The notes beneath the pieces were generated by a model, which saw only the letters and a list, made by a program, of their open reading frames with translations, was not told where the DNA came from and did not search any database. A stretch of DNA of 64,000 bases from Elusimicrobiota bacterium (lineage in GTDB: Bacteria; Elusimicrobiota; Elusimicrobia; UBA1565; UBA9628): positions 36,016 through 100,015 of the forward strand of contig JAPLKL010000041.1 in assembly GCA_026388095.1 (NCBI GenBank). Reading direction: 5' to 3'. Numbering within the stretch: position 1 is the stretch's first letter; each line of letters opens with the position of its first letter. The position numbers and the translations under genes were made by a program. Below, piece after piece: positions 63,370-64,000 of the stretch.

Positions 63370-64000
63370 GTCCGATAACACCTTCATGCAGGTCACGCCC
63401 GAAGGGGCCCTGCGCCGCTGCTCCGGAGCCGCGGAGGCCCTGGCCGCACCGGGCGGCGGCTACGTCTGGCTCGACTACATCGACCCGTCGCGCGCCGACC
63501 TGGAGGCGCTGGTCTCCCCTCTGGGCATCCATCCCCTCTCGGTCGAGGACTGCCTGGACGAGCAGCAGATCCCCAAGATCGAGGACTTCCCCGGCAGCTC
63601 ATTCCTGCTCCTCAACACCTTCACTTTGGAGGAACGGCAGGCCCGCATCGACGAGGTGGATTTTATCATCGGGCCCCGCTTTTTGGTCAGCGTGAGCGGG
63701 CACACGGGCCACAGCCCGCGCTTCACGGAGGCCCTGGAGAGATCGCTGCGCCTGGACTCGGGCAGCATCCGCCAGGGACCGGACTTCCTCCTACACGTGC
63801 TGCTCGACTTCGTGGTGGACGGCAAGGCCAAGGCCATCGACGCCGTGCAGTCCGAGATCGAGTCAGCGGAGGAGACGATCCTCAAGAACCTCTCCGGGTT
63901 CAGCCTCGCCGGACTGGCGCGCCAGCGCCGACAGCTCCTGGCCCTGCGCAAGAGCCTGTTCCACGAGCGGGAGGTCCTGGTCAAGATCTGCCGGCGCGAC
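63370..64000 (+). CDS. corA: Magnesium/cobalt transporter CorA; N-terminal cytoplasmic domain only, truncated by the window end.
   Basis: AGGAGG lies upstream. The translation MSDNTFMQVTPEGAL...YVWLDYIDPSRADLEALVSPLGIHPLSVEDCLDEQQIPKIEDF matches the CorA N-terminus. The ORF is not in the track because it has no stop codon inside the window. Confidence 0.8.

Overview
The window is a high-GC (~70%) bacterial chromosomal segment with short intergenic regions, probably from a metagenomic contig. The main feature is one uninterrupted minus-strand array of about 27 genes (27975 down to 1). It encodes a complete Tad/Flp (type IVc) pilus assembly system: two tandem Flp pilins, TadE/TadG pseudopilins, CpaB, a CpaC secretin, a fused TadZ-TadA ATPase, TadB, TadC and a TadD-like TPR protein. 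A signalling module is embedded in the array: a sensor kinase, a hybrid REC-kinase, LuxR-type, CheY-like and Asp-less OmpR-like response regulators, and a HAMP protein. At the upstream end sit a ~1160-aa secreted protein with six FlgD-Ig-like repeats and a T9SS-type C-terminal sorting domain, a PorV/FadL-like outer-membrane barrel, and a coiled-coil protein carrying perfect 63-bp tandem repeats. FtsH and two glycine-rich membrane proteins are at the downstream end. Next comes a cluster of GT-C membrane glycosyltransferase paralogs (PMT/ArnT-like, DUF2723/TMEM260-like and TMTC-like with TPR tails) together with a secreted protein built from a novel ~150-aa repeat. Housekeeping genes follow: tsaD, ctpA, an envC-like gene, an ftsX-like gene, glgA, scpAB, trpS, a vapBC toxin-antitoxin pair, a cca-family gene, a lytic transglycosylase, an aldo/keto reductase, uvrB and a partial corA. 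No rRNA, tRNA, CRISPR array, transposase or integrase was seen. Most long plus-strand ORFs in the track are antisense shadow ORFs caused by GC richness. Many minus-strand ORFs carry spurious N-terminal extensions, so starts were re-set using signal peptides, known N-terminal motifs and RBS spacing. The T9SS-type sorting domain weakly suggests an FCB-superphylum-like organism; this is inference only.
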